DNA of 63,326 bases, filler included, from Globobulimina sp. (GCA_003354225.1; 46 parts of 46 records of this genome joined end to end with filler, not necessarily neighbours in it); one strand, 5' to 3'. Positions 24,054 to 35,691 are shown, counted from the first letter of the whole stretch. The notes: generated by a model not told the origin, from the sequence alone. Translations and numbers: made by a program.

Positions 24054-24730
24054 TTAATCCGACTCTTCTTCCTCTTCATCCGTCGCTTGCTCGGATAACA
24101 CGTCCAAGTAATCCTTCTCTAAGAAGCCCAAATCCTCTCTGGCTTCCGCGAATTCGCCCTCTTCCATTCCCTCCCCGACGTACCAATGCACGAAGGCGCG
24201 CTGCGAATACATCAAATCGTATTTCTTGCTGATTCGCTCACTGAACACGCGCGAAATGGCCGTATTGTTGCCGATCATCACAATGTTCCTCTTTGCCGGC
24301 GCCACATCGTCGTCAGGCAACACAGCTGGCGGCTCGTCGTTCAATCCGACTTTGAAACCGGTGGGACACCACTCGACAAAGGTCACTTTCTTGTTGGTCT
24401 TCAACCATTGCACCGTCGCGTTGGCCTCCTTCGCCTTGACATCGCCGCGGTAATTCACCGAAATCGCCATATATTTATCTTCCTCGGCGTCAAAGTCGGC
24501 GATTCTGTATTAAAATATTCTATTTTAGTGCGATTTTGCGCATACAAACCGTACTAAACTTGGTGAAGAAATTCTGCGCAGAAAAGCACGTTTCAGTGAT
24601 TCCCTGAATGTCACAGCGCGCAGTTTCCATCTTCTTGGGGGTCACCACCGGCGCCATGGCGGTGATCATGAAATGTAAACGCGGGAACGGCACTAAATTG
24701 GTCTGGAACTCGTTCAAATCCACATTCAAT
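24054..24730 (-). CDS. tubA: Divergent alpha-tubulin (retarian alpha2-type), C-terminal half; intron 24559-24505
   Basis: [55 protein letters not shown]; divergent [23 protein letters not shown]; ends EEESD with no terminal Tyr. Confidence 0.95.
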
Positions 24731-25318
24731 NNNNNNNNNNNNNNNNNNNNNNNNNNNNNNNNNNNNNNNNNNNNTTAATTAATTAANNNNNNNNNNNNNN
24801 NNNNNNNNNNNNNNNNNNNNNNNNNNNNNNATGTGCATATTTCATTTAGCGATTTGAGTGCATTCAAGACCTCAGAGATAATACCGCCGGTAGCTTTTTT
24901 TCATAACAATAATTAAATCTTTTCTGAGTTTTGGAAAACATTCTATGTTATCTTCCGTTATCTGGTCACAACAACGTACGTTTCTTTGAATGTTTTCAAA
25001 AATAGCATCGTTCGGATTTGTAGCAGTAATGCAAGATATAACCAATGACTAATTTTGTACATTTCATGACGGAAATATCTTCTTCAAAACTTTCGAAACC
25101 AGTTTAAAATTTATTATTATCATCATTTTATATATAAACAACAAAAAACAGTCAACAGCAAAGGAAAAAAAGACAGCAGTAAAGGAAGAAAAAAAAAGAA
25201 AACAAAACTATAAAAAAAAAAAAGACAAAAAAAAAAAATAAAAAAAAAATTATAATCTAAACACTTACTAATATTAATGTAAAATATATAGAACACCACA
25301 CAATATTCTTTATCTATT

Positions 25319-26109
25319 TTATTTTTGTGATGGTTTGGGTGGTAATTGCTTCCCGTACACATATCTCGGCTCCCCATTGATTTCGCTATTTTGAATATCA
25401 CTTTGTGATAACTGCGGATGTCCATCTTCGGGAATATCATACCACGCACATTTGGATGCACAAAAGATATGCAACACTCTCACATTTAACCACCATGCCT
25501 TCGCATCCATATCATCCAAATGTTTTATTGCTGGGCCATCAAACAACGACGGCGTCAGCCAAATAGTATCGGTTTGAAATCCATATTTTAAGCTAAGATT
25601 CGCTCCACAATTACTACAAAACGATCGCGTCACTTTATTGGATGATTTATATTTGCTCTGCTTTCCATTCTTAACAAACCTGACATCGCGTTCTAAGAAC
25701 GGAGTCCATGTCGCTGACGCAGAGCCATGCAATTTGCGGCACATTGAACAATAACAATGTTGCAACTCTTGCGGCAATGACAATAATTCATACTTAATTG
25801 CGCCACATTGACACGACGCCTTAAGCACTCCCTCCCGGCGTCCCGTGGTGGCGGCACCCCCTTTTTTTTTATCCTTATCCGGCGGAGGAGGTTTGAGCCC
25901 AAACTGTCGTGTATTTTTTTTACTTTTTGCCATTGACTTCATTTTGAATATCGAGGGTATGGATTTAACGATGCTGTAATCTCTATTATGCGCTGTTTCT
26001 GCAGATATGAATAAGCACAAAAACAGCCGAAATTATATGGAGTATATAGTACAAACTTGGCGGTGGCGGCGGTTTGGATGATGCGGTGAGTGCGGTACGT
26101 CCACCATTC
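25319..26109 (-). CDS. GFA/CENP-V (Mss4-like) zinc-binding protein; 5'-partial; probable intron ~26056-26000
   Basis: ASCQCGAIKY, HCYCSMCRKLHGS, RSFCSNCGA, HIFCASKCAWY. Confidence 0.88.
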
Positions 26110-26211
26110 NNNNNNNNNNNNNNNNNNNNNNNNNNNNNNNNNNNNNNNNNNNNTTAATTAATTAANNNNNNNNNNNNNNNNNNNNNNNNNNNNNNNNNNN
26201 NNNNNNNNNGA

Positions 26212-27488
26212 CGACGCCAAAATCAGCAGTCAGTATCAACATTGTCAATGATATATTACGCAGAGAGAAAGCAAATAATTACAATACTATTCATAATTTC
26301 CACTGGCTATTAAGTCTTTGTCGTTTATGAGTGAGAGTCGGAGTCGAGCCGAGCAGAGTCAGAGTGTAGTGATCGAGTTGACATGGTTTTAGTGATCGAG
26401 TTGAGCCGAGTGACTTTACTATTATTATCAGCTAACCAAACCCATGACACTCGATCACTACACTCTGCCCGGCTCTGACTCTGACTCATAAACGACAAAG
26501 ACTTAATTAATAGTATTTTTGTGTTTATTCATATTCAAACAATATTTATGGCCATTAATGGATACAATAAATGATAACGCCAAGTCCCGTCATGCTCAGT
26601 TCGCAAAGATTATAATTGTTGCAATATTATTGTTTATCCTCTCTAACACTAAAACTTTATTGATGGCGTACTCAAATAACAAGATTGACGATGTTCTATC
26701 GCGTGTTGCTTCCAATTTATATATATTCATTTATGAGAAAAGTCTAAGTTTGGATTTGAATGAATGTGATAAAAAACAAGTTGTCAGCATTGTTGGTACT
26801 GACATTGAAGCAATAAAGAAGGGTTTATGGTTTTTTTTATCTGGCAGCTCTGGAGTTATTTTAATTTTATTTGTTTCGATGGTTGTGATATATTTCATGG
26901 TTGGTGTGAGTGGTATATTTGGCATAATGTTTTTGATATTTATTGCCATTCCATGCCAATTATTGGTCGGTTATAAATTAGCACATTATGGTAATTTAGG
27001 AAAACATAGCACTGATAATAGAATTCAATTAATCACAGAATTAATTGGCGGTATTCGAGTCTTAAAACTATCGGCCTATGAACTGCCATTATTACGCAAA
27101 ATCTTCGAATATCGAGATAATGAGTTGAGGCACATTAAAAAGAGCAATTTTTTTTTATCATTGATCATTTTAACAAATTTTTTAGGCCCTGCAATAATGT
27201 TATTTATCACATTAATGGTTTACTGCTTTGTATTTGAGCATGAAGTAAATACAAACATCGTAGTATTTATGTTGATGCTTTTTGGAATGCTACAATTTAT
27301 GACCAAAGGTGTGCAGTGTATATTAGTTTGATGATTTCCAAAATTCATTCAGCATTTGCTAATTATATAATTTTGTTATTTTATCAGCCATTCCACTCCT
27401 TATTGGCCACACCATCTCTATGTTGGTTGCATGCGGTCGCATAGACGCTTTTTTTCAACGTAAATCGATTGAGATTGCCGAAAATCAA
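26212..27488 (+). CDS. ABCC/MRP transporter TMD1 fragment, interrupted by a MITE; intron 27309-27387
   Basis: IYEKSLSL, TDNRIQLITELIGGIRVLKLSAYE, RDNEL and, after the intron, LVACGRIDAFF; it may be a pseudogene. Confidence 0.8.
26314..26502. mobile_element. MITE with long TIRs and TTAA (or TA) target duplication
   Basis: GTCTTTGTCGTTTATGAGT...ACTCATAAACGACAAAGAC flanked by TTAA on both sides; inner inverted repeat AGAGTGTAGTGATCGAG/CTCGATCACTACACTCT. Confidence 0.9.
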
Positions 27489-27589
27489 NNNNNNNNNNNN
27501 NNNNNNNNNNNNNNNNNNNNNNNNNNNNNNNNTTAATTAATTAANNNNNNNNNNNNNNNNNNNNNNNNNNNNNNNNNNNNNNNNNNNNC

Positions 27590-28867
27590 AAAGAGAAATG
27601 GTTTCCCACTCACAAAATGAAGCAAATCACTCTCCTTTTAAAGCAATTGCAATTTGATGATGGAGACAATGACAATGACCACCACCACGACAACGACCAC
27701 GACCACGACCACGACGACAAACATCACCATCACACAAACAAACATCATAAAAATAAAAATAAACATCATAAGAAAAAAAAGAAAAGGAAAAAAAAAAGAC
27801 ATCATAAAAAATCAATAAATGAGAGTGGCAGTCAAGATATCGGATTATTAAAATCCTTGCAATCCTTAACCAATGACAATGAGAATGCGAATGATGAGGA
27901 GGCGGCGGAGGAGGAGGAGTATGATGAGGATGAGGATGGCTATGTGGTGCATGGGGATGGTGATGAGGAGGAGGATGAGGATGAGGATGAGGATGACATT
28001 CAAATTAAATTTGAGAGATTAAAAGCTGCAAAAAGACAAAATAGAGAAAGAGAAAAAGGAAAAGAAATTGAAAATAATCATAAACGTAAATTAATGGATC
28101 CGCATTCATCTCCTTTTAATACAAAACAACCACAAAGTAAAAGAATGAAAATTGAAACTTATAATAATAATAATATTATTCATCAAAATGGAAATAATTC
28201 AAATCCGCACATAAATTACAATCAATACCAATCGCCGAATATGGTCCAAATCCCACAAATACACCAAATGCCACCACAACAACCACCACCACAACCACTC
28301 CAAATACAAATACAGCCGCAAGCACCACAACAGCCACAGCCACAGACACAGCCACAGACCGCCACTGCGCCAATACAACAAATGCAAACACTGCAAACAA
28401 TAAATAGATACCAATACGATCGGCAGCAGCAACATCCGCATCCGCATCCGCATCAATATCATCATCACCAGCCACCACCGCACCATTTATACCGTCCACC
28501 ACCGCCGCAGCCGCAGCCGCAGCAACCGCCGCATTTGAATTTGAATGTGCATGGTATTGGTTGGGAGTTGTCGCCGGATCAATGCCTAATATCAGCGGAT
28601 CGATATCGTGTGTTGTCGTGTACCATTTATGTCGGCTTTTGGAATGATGTGCATGTCGACATTGACAAATTTCCCCCCTCGCTGTCCGAATGGCTCGAAC
28701 GCAATCAGTTCCTTGTCTTCGGTATGTGAAATACTTGGTGGCAGCCTCGATGCAATAGTTTGATCCATACACCTATAGATACCTTTTACGGTCGTTCCTC
28801 CCGACCGGATGCGGTGACTGACTACGACATCACTCATCTCACCGGCGACCTAATGGGACTGCTCGAC
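27590..28867 (+). CDS. Low-complexity (H/K/D/E/Q/P-rich) protein, internal fragment; probable intron ~28723-28778
   Basis: Long open frame with basic NLS-like, acidic and QP tracts, followed by a globular segment. Confidence 0.65.
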
Positions 28868-28967
28868 NNNNNNNNNNNNNNNNNNNNNNNNNNNNNNNNN
28901 NNNNNNNNNNNTTAATTAATTAANNNNNNNNNNNNNNNNNNNNNNNNNNNNNNNNNNNNNNNNNNNN

Positions 28968-30246
28968 GGACCATTCGCGGAACAGGACCCCAAACGGACC
29001 GTCTTTTGTCATGAAATGGTACAAAATCTTCCTACTTCAATGGTGAAGGAGGTGGTACACACCCTCAACAACACTCCTCGACCTAAAATGGCTGGAAATG
29101 ATATCGAACACCCGATCTGTCGCGCCATGCAACCATTTGACAATCCAGACGATCTGGCCCACCAATTGTTGGTTGAACATTTCGCTGCACCCGACACTCT
29201 CTACGGACTTAAGTCCCAGCGACCCGATTCCCGACACCAACGGAGAAAATAGGCCTTACAGCTTTTTAAGAAAATCTCACTCAATTCATGGCACAAGAAC
29301 AGGAAATGCATGAACGAGAGATCGCCCAACAGATCAGTCGAGAACTGCCATCAACCGCTCAATCTAGTCAACAGCCTATATGGATACTGATCAACCAGGA
29401 GCATCTGGATTCCAAGTCGCAGTAACCGATACAGATCAACCTGGAACTTCTGGATTTCAAGTCACCATTCCAAACACCAGTCAGCGTGACGCCCAAAACA
29501 CTAGAACCATCACTCGTCGGGACGACTCAAGCTCGGAAGGGGGAAATGTACAAAACCCTCAAATATGACTATTTACAGGATCAATGGCCATCTTTTGTAC
29601 TACTAATCACTCACTGACGGCTGGTCCAGCTTTCTATACCTCAAGTTTCATATCTCTCGCTCAAGCCCTGCCATTTGTTGGTTCATGATAAATTGTGCAA
29701 AGATGAATTCCGCGCCTCCTGCGCCTAAAACTTACACAGATTTGTGTAAGTTTGGCCTAAATCCCGCCCCTTTTGGTCATGTGATGCAGTTAAGAACCAA
29801 CGCATTTGATATAATATTGATTGATTTGTTTTCTCTTCTGTTTTGAATAATACTTTTATGCCCATAACTAATCAGTTCGTGCTTGTGGTTTGTAACAAGA
29901 AAGTTGTGTCAAATATTTTTATTTTGTTACGAGCAATAATTCAGTTTGGATTGTCCTCAACCTTGAAACTCCAACGATAATCACCATATAAGTTGTGGAA
30001 AGAAGTCGTAGGACTGATCAAGTTGGACATTCATTATCCTCAAGCATTCTTCCTGGACTTTGACATCAAAACGAGCGTCCAGTAGGAAACGGAACCTAAA
30101 ATATATGTTGGTTGTTATCTGTACGTGCACATTGGTAGAAAAGTGTCGTACATTTTGGAGGTTCTAACCGCTCTCTACATCCATTCACTGTTGCCAAGGA
30201 TTGTCAACCAACTCAAAAGGGGGAGGTAGACATCTCAAAGCTGAAA
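28968..30246 (+). mobile_element. Second LTR retrotransposon junction: 3' internal region, PPT, LTR, PBS
   Basis: PPT GGAAGGGGGAAA (29535-29546), LTR TGTAC...GTACA, then TGGAGGTTC (30156-30164) complementary to the tRNA-Gln 3' end. Confidence 0.75.
29547..30152 (+). repeat. 606-bp LTR
   Basis: TG...CA ends with a 5-bp TIR, directly after the PPT and 3 nt before the PBS. Confidence 0.72.
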
Positions 30247-30521
30247 NNNNNNNNNNNNNNNNNNNNNNNNNNNNNNNNNNNNNNNNNNNNTTAATTAATT
30301 AANNNNNNNNNNNNNNNNNNNNNNNNNNNNNNNNNNNNNNNNNNNNAGCTACTTTTTGCGAACATTTTTCAGTTTTGATAAGACCGAAATCACCGAATAT
30401 ATCCATTGCAAAAATGAAAAAAAGCAGTACTGTACATATTGAATAAATTAACGATGTATGTAACTGAACGAAATGCATACAAAGGAGGTGGGGGAGGTAA
30501 ATATAGGAATATATCGTTTAA

Positions 30522-31079
30522 TCATTTGATGCAAAAAATAGACTTTTTATAATGATAAGGAATTAAATCACGACAATCCCTATAATTTGTCCAACATTGC
30601 TCACAATGAAAATGCCCGTTGTCATTAATTTTTCCCTTTACAAATACAATTCCAGATGGCATATCAAATAATAATATATGTTTCCTGACCACTTTGACAG
30701 AACCACTATTATCTACTTTGCAAACTCTTTCCTGAACCTGTTGTGGACAGTTATTCATATTGTCGCAAAATGATCGCCGTGGCATTGCATCTCTATAGTC
30801 GCGCTCTCGTGAATATTTTATGCATTCATAGCACCAAAATAAATCCTCTTCGATTTCCATATCATTATTCTTATTTTTTTTATTAAAATCCATATTGTCA
30901 TTGAAGAATCCATTCACATTATTCCTCCCACATTCAATGCAACATGGTGTACCATCACGATATTTCAATGTAAATCTTGTTTTTTGTCTCGACCTTTCCC
31001 TTTCTCTATAATCATCATTATATTTATGGACAGATTCACTATCATCTTGTTTATGTTCGTGTTTTTGTTGGATATCCAT
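30522..31079 (-). CDS. Hypothetical protein with CxxC zinc-binding pairs
   Basis: Probable ATG at 31079 (MDIQQKH); CIECG, WCYEC, HCEQCW. The ORF-track extension to 31331 is the antisense shadow of the ABM gene. Confidence 0.6.
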   Translation of the reverse strand: MDIQQKHEHKQDDSESVHKYNDDYRERERSRQKTRFTLKYRDGTPCCIECGRNNVNGFFNDNMDFNKKNKNNDMEIEEDLFWCYECIKYSRERDYRDAMPRRSFCDNMNNCPQQVQERVCKVDNSGSVKVVRKHILLFDMPSGIVFVKGKINDNGHFHCEQCWTNYRDCRDLIPYHYKKSIFCIK

Positions 31080-31130
31080 TATTTTTGACACAACTTTAAA
31101 ACTTTTGGTGAAAATTAAAACGTTGAGATC

Positions 31131-31625
31131 ATGGCTGTTGTAGTTCTTTGTCAATATTTCTTGAACAAAGATAAAATTGATCAGTTCGTCGATGGTGCTT
31201 CGAATCTTGTCCGTATAACAAATACTAATGACACAGGATGTATTTTTTATAATCTCCATTCTGTTCACACCGACAAAAAAACATTTTTTATGGTGGAAAA
31301 ATGGAAATCCATGGAAGATTTGAGAAAGCATTCAAAATCTGAGCATGTCCGACAATTTCAAGAAAAAAGAGCATCGGGGAAATATTTTAAATCAGCACCA
31401 ATTATCAATGTATTATCTGATGCAGTGTATAATATTTGTAATGATAACATTGATCATAATGCAAAAAGTACATTTATTGCCATTGTAAAGAATGACATCA
31501 AAGATGATAAAATTGATTCGTTTATAGGTGCGGGATTTGAATGCGTTGTTGGAACAAATAAAGAAAAGGGATGTTTGGCATATAATATGTATCAAGATGT
31601 AAGAAATAAAAATAGTATATATTTT
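31131..31625 (+). CDS. Tandem ABM (antibiotic biosynthesis monooxygenase, YgiN/LsrG-like) domain protein; 3'-partial
   Basis: TNTNDTGCIFYNLH....FFMVEKWKSMEDLRKHSKSEH and a second copy TNKEKGCLAYNMYQD. Confidence 0.88.
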
Positions 31626-31731
31626 NNNNNNNNNNNNNNNNNNNNNNNNNNNNNNNNNNNNNNNNNNNNTTAATTAATTAANNNNNNNNNNNNNNNNNNN
31701 NNNNNNNNNNNNNNNNNNNNNNNNNCAACTA

Positions 31732-32743
31732 ATGCAAGATGCAGTGGATGATGCCTTACCAGGATCGTTTACAATGTTTAAAAACGATGGCTGTGTAGCC
31801 ATGCAAATTATGGGTGATATATACCCAGGATTTATTGATCAAAATACAATAAAATACTTAACCCAAAATTATACAACAAAAGCAAATCAAGTTTTCATTG
31901 TCACCTATCCCAATTCCCAAATCAGGAACGACATGGCTACAAAAAATATGTGTTGAACTAATGAATCAGCAGAAAAGTACAGAGATTGAATTGTTTAAAG
32001 ATGGTAATTGGAGACATATTGTTTGGATGGAAACCTATTTCGCTCAGCATGGTCTGACTAAATTTAATAAATATATCCAGCAATTTGACAATACGCTATG
32101 TTTTTGGAAGACTCATGCTCCATTTCATTTATTTCCTGCTCAACACATCCATCCTCAAACAAAGCTCATTGTGGTATGCCGAAATCCGAAGGATACCGTT
32201 GTTTCCGCGTATAAATTTTTTAGTATTGAGCCCTCATTGCGATTCGAAGGCGATTTTAACAGTTATTTTAAATATTGGATGATGGGAATGATGATATTTG
32301 GAAATTGGTTCGAATATTACAGTGAATGGTATCGCATATATAAATATAAGAAAATTAAGAATGATATATTATGGATTTACTATGAAGATTTGAAAGATAA
32401 TCCATTGCATGAAATTGAAAAAATTGCCAAATATTTGGGGAAATATAGGAATTTGGGAGACAATGAGCAGGAAAGAAAAGTAAAAATTAAACAAATTGCT
32501 AAAAAAAGTTCATTTAATAATATGAAGTTAATGGCAGAAACAGGAAAAGTTGATATTGGTGTCGGAGCTGACTTTTTTAGGAAGGGAGTTGTCGGCGATT
32601 GGAATAATTTTATGTCACAAGAACAGAGTGATACCGTTGATCAAATGATACGGTGTAAATTTTATGAAACGGATTTTAAATATTATATGGATTTAAAGCA
32701 ACAATCGTCTCAACCAAACATGCCGCTGAAGGCCAAACTATAA
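31732..32743 (+). pseudogene. Cytosolic-type sulfotransferase with C-terminal PTS1 (AKL), frameshifted by a 7-nt duplication
   Basis: TYP/KSGTTW split by TTCCCAA (31914-31920); KTH, RNPKDTVVS, YEDLK, FFRKGVVGDW; ends AKL*. Confidence 0.88.
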
Positions 32744-32951
32744 TACACTCTGTCCGAAGACTTTTGTTTTTATTTAATTATCTGAGAAATTTGTTATAAC
32801 TCTGTCTTGGGTTTGAAAATATTTTATGCACACAATGCAGATCAAACCAACCAAACTACCAACAAAAACCCATAAATTAAAATTATAGATTTATCTTTTT
32901 TATTGTTGTTGTTTTTGCTTATCTTTTTAATCTTCGTTGTTTGCTTTACAA

Positions 32952-33004
32952 TTACTCATTAGCTCCAGGATACATATCAAGTATTTCTTTGACTTTATCA
33001 AAAT
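32952..33004 (-). CDS. 3' end of an RCC1-family paralogue
   Basis: FDKVKEILDMYPGANE* is close to FDTDEEILEMYPGSNE at ~16883-16930. Confidence 0.6.
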
Positions 33005-33104
33005 NNNNNNNNNNNNNNNNNNNNNNNNNNNNNNNNNNNNNNNNNNNNTTAATTAATTAANNNNNNNNNNNNNNNNNNNNNNNNNNNNNNNNNNNNNNNN
33101 NNNN

Positions 33105-33397
33105 TTTTGCTGATATATTTTTTAACAACTGTTTTAAAAACGGTATGTTGCCTATTGTGGTAGCCGCTGATGTTGTCGATCGGTTGTTTGAGGAAATGTA
33201 CGCCACTGAAAGCTATCAATTAACCATTGATCTGCAGGCGCAGTTGATTCGCAAGCCCAGTGGCGAAGAAATTGCCTTTGAAGTAGATGGTTTCCGAAAG
33301 GACTGTCTGCTCAAAGGTCTGGATGATATTGGAATTAGTTTGCAGGACGCAGATGCTATACGCGAGTTTGAACTCCAGTGGCAGAAAAAGTCTCCCT
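33105..33397 (+). CDS. leuD: Bacterial 3-isopropylmalate dehydratase small subunit, C-terminal fragment
   Basis: FADIFFNNCFKNGMLPI, LTIDLQAQ, FEVDGFRKDCLLKGLDDIGISL; proteobacterial style; breaks off just before the usual terminal PW. Confidence 0.93.
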
Positions 33398-33492
33398 TGA
33401 TGTTTTGGTGGTTCCAGACTACGACCAGATGACCTTTTCCTCACTAAGCCAAAGTTCCCGTCCATGGCAACTGACATCACACTGGTGCTGTC

Positions 33493-34383
33493 ATGACCCT
33501 CTTTCTCCTACAACATATTAATGTGAATACACGCGCTACGCAGCGACGACACAGTGCCAGTTTTAGTGACAGTTACGAGACAAAAGAATCCGACTCCGGC
33601 ACAGATTATATCCAATCGGACAGCACAGACAACACTTTAAGTGAAAGCGAATCAGAGACACAATCTTTATCGCAGTCACAGTCTGTATCCAAATCGCAAT
33701 CTAGATACAGTTTACATAAACACATAATTCGCAAGAAAAGCACACCACGCACCACCATACACAATATATATAACCGATGGAGTCACGAAGCAGACTCTGA
33801 GCCAAAACGACTGAAAAGAATAAATGATATGGGTATATATGGTGGGCGCACTCCAAACACATTCAGCGAAGTTCCAGCTACATTCTACAACATCACACCC
33901 GATATCACGCCCAGACATTCCATGTTATTGGAAGGCCGGCAATCCATCATTAAGGAAGAACTGGTGATGGCTGATCTGGACATCATTTATTATGATAATT
34001 CCATGTCGCAGTCCAACAGCAAGTCAATATCGGTCAAAAAAAGCAAACCTTTATTGAACTCGAATCAGGCGAGAAAGAAAAAGAAAAAGAAGACTAACAA
34101 GGGCACATTTTCTCGCGCAATCAAGTTTTGTTTTGTTTTGTGGTTATGTTTGTACTGTTAATTTGTTTACAAATACACCAACAGTCAACAATACAGCTGC
34201 GAGCTGTCGAAACCTTCGCATTTATTATTGATTTCGCAGCGCGAATGCGGCAAAACCAAGAAGTCGACGATTTTACTCAAACAAGCGCTGAAAAGAGAGA
34301 TATTATTCGTTGGTTTGACCGATGTTATGATTGACAAAATGGTGGAGAAAATGTACCAAATTGTCGTCCCCAAAAATAAAATA
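33493..34383 (+). CDS. Eukaryotic protein with S-rich region and start of a cNMP-binding domain (PKA-R/PKG-like); intron 34125-34184
   Basis: The phase-2 GT-AG intron leads into KTKKSTILLKQALKREILFVGLTDVMIDKMVEKMYQIVV. Confidence 0.65.
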
Positions 34384-34553
34384 NNNNNNNNNNNNNNNNN
34401 NNNNNNNNNNNNNNNNNNNNNNNNNNNTTAATTAATTAANNNNNNNNNNNNNNNNNNNNNNNNNNNNNNNNNNNNNNNNNNNNCGCTTCCAAACAAGCAC
34501 CATACATGGAAATTATGGAAAATTTAAACTATGAAACAAGCCAATATATGAAA

Positions 34554-35198
34554 CTATGAGTAAGCAAAAATTGCTATTTGTATCCAAGGGCTTATCATCA
34601 AACAAAATACTATAATGCTCATACAATTCATCAAAATATTTCTTGATTTTATCCAATCTTTATTGAGATCACAATATTGTTTGCTAAAAATTGCGGTTTC
34701 AACAACAATCTCACCGCCAATAAAAAACCACCACGCATTAAACGAATCTAATAATCTTAAATAATCTGAACATGAACCATTTGCGTTTAAACCTTTCGTA
34801 GAAGGTACTTTGTAACCAAATAAAGCGAATATAAAGAACCACATTCTGTATAACATCGAAGCAATAGACATAAAAAATAATCTCAACGCCCATCTTTTAT
34901 GTAATTCAATATTTTTATTGTATCGAATATAATATATTGTGTATATTGCAGTGATAAAGAACCAAACACCAAATGTTAGAAATGCTATGCTCATATTGAT
35001 GCCACCAACAGTTTCGAAATTATTAATTGCAACAAACAAACAGCCACAAACAGATGTAATTAGCGCTAATATGATATCTATTCTACCTAAGATGCGATGT
35101 AACGTATAATCGAATGGTTTTCTTAACCTCGGATGAATTTGTAAAATTCCGATTGCCATTGTAAATAAACCACAAATAATATGTACCAGCATGAACAC
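34554..35198 (-). CDS. DUF2306-like membrane protein; 5' end unclear
   Basis: HIICG...GILQI..RLRK....LHRILGR and IELHKRWALR, with several TM helices. Confidence 0.8.
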   Translation of the reverse strand: MFMLVHIICGLFTMAIGILQIHPRLRKPFDYTLHRILGRIDIILALITSVCGCLFVAINNFETVGGINMSIAFLTFGVWFFITAIYTIYYIRYNKNIELHKRWALRLFFMSIASMLYRMWFFIFALFGYKVPSTKGLNANGSCSDYLRLLDSFNAWWFFIGGEIVVETAIFSKQYCDLNKDWIKSRNILMNCMSIIVFCLMISPWIQIAIFAYS

Positions 35199-35456
35199 TC
35201 TGTGATATCTCCGATTGTCGCCTAAATGACAAAATATCAGACCAAAATATCAGTGATATTTTCAAGATTTGGGTGCCGAAATCTGAAAATATCATACATA
35301 ATTCACATATTTACGTCAATTGAATTTGGTCTCATGCAGTCAATTGAATTTGGCTTGTTAGTACTAAGCGAAATGTTTTGTTAGTGAGTTTTTGTCAAAA
35401 ATAACTCAAGAATGACAAGATGAATGAATTTTTCCGAAGAATTTTATGTTAATTTT

Positions 35457-35691
35457 AGAGGAAATCTGAGATATCATAGGCATATTACGGTTTATTGGGA
35501 CAAAATATCGGTTAAATATTTTCGTTTATTCGGAATATGGGACTGATAGATATTTTTTGTTTATCGGGATATCGCGACCCCTTCGGGGATCGCAATACCC
35601 AAAAACCAAAAATATCAGTCCCAATTCCAAAAAACGAAAATATCACCGATATTTTGTCCCAAAAACCATAATATCCTATTAATATTTCCTC
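35457..35691. repeat. Long imperfect palindrome (foldback element)
   Basis: ~110-120-nt arms around CCCC-TTC-GGGG (35578-35588), e.g. GGGACAAAATATCGGT / ACCGATATTTTGTCCC. Confidence 0.85.
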
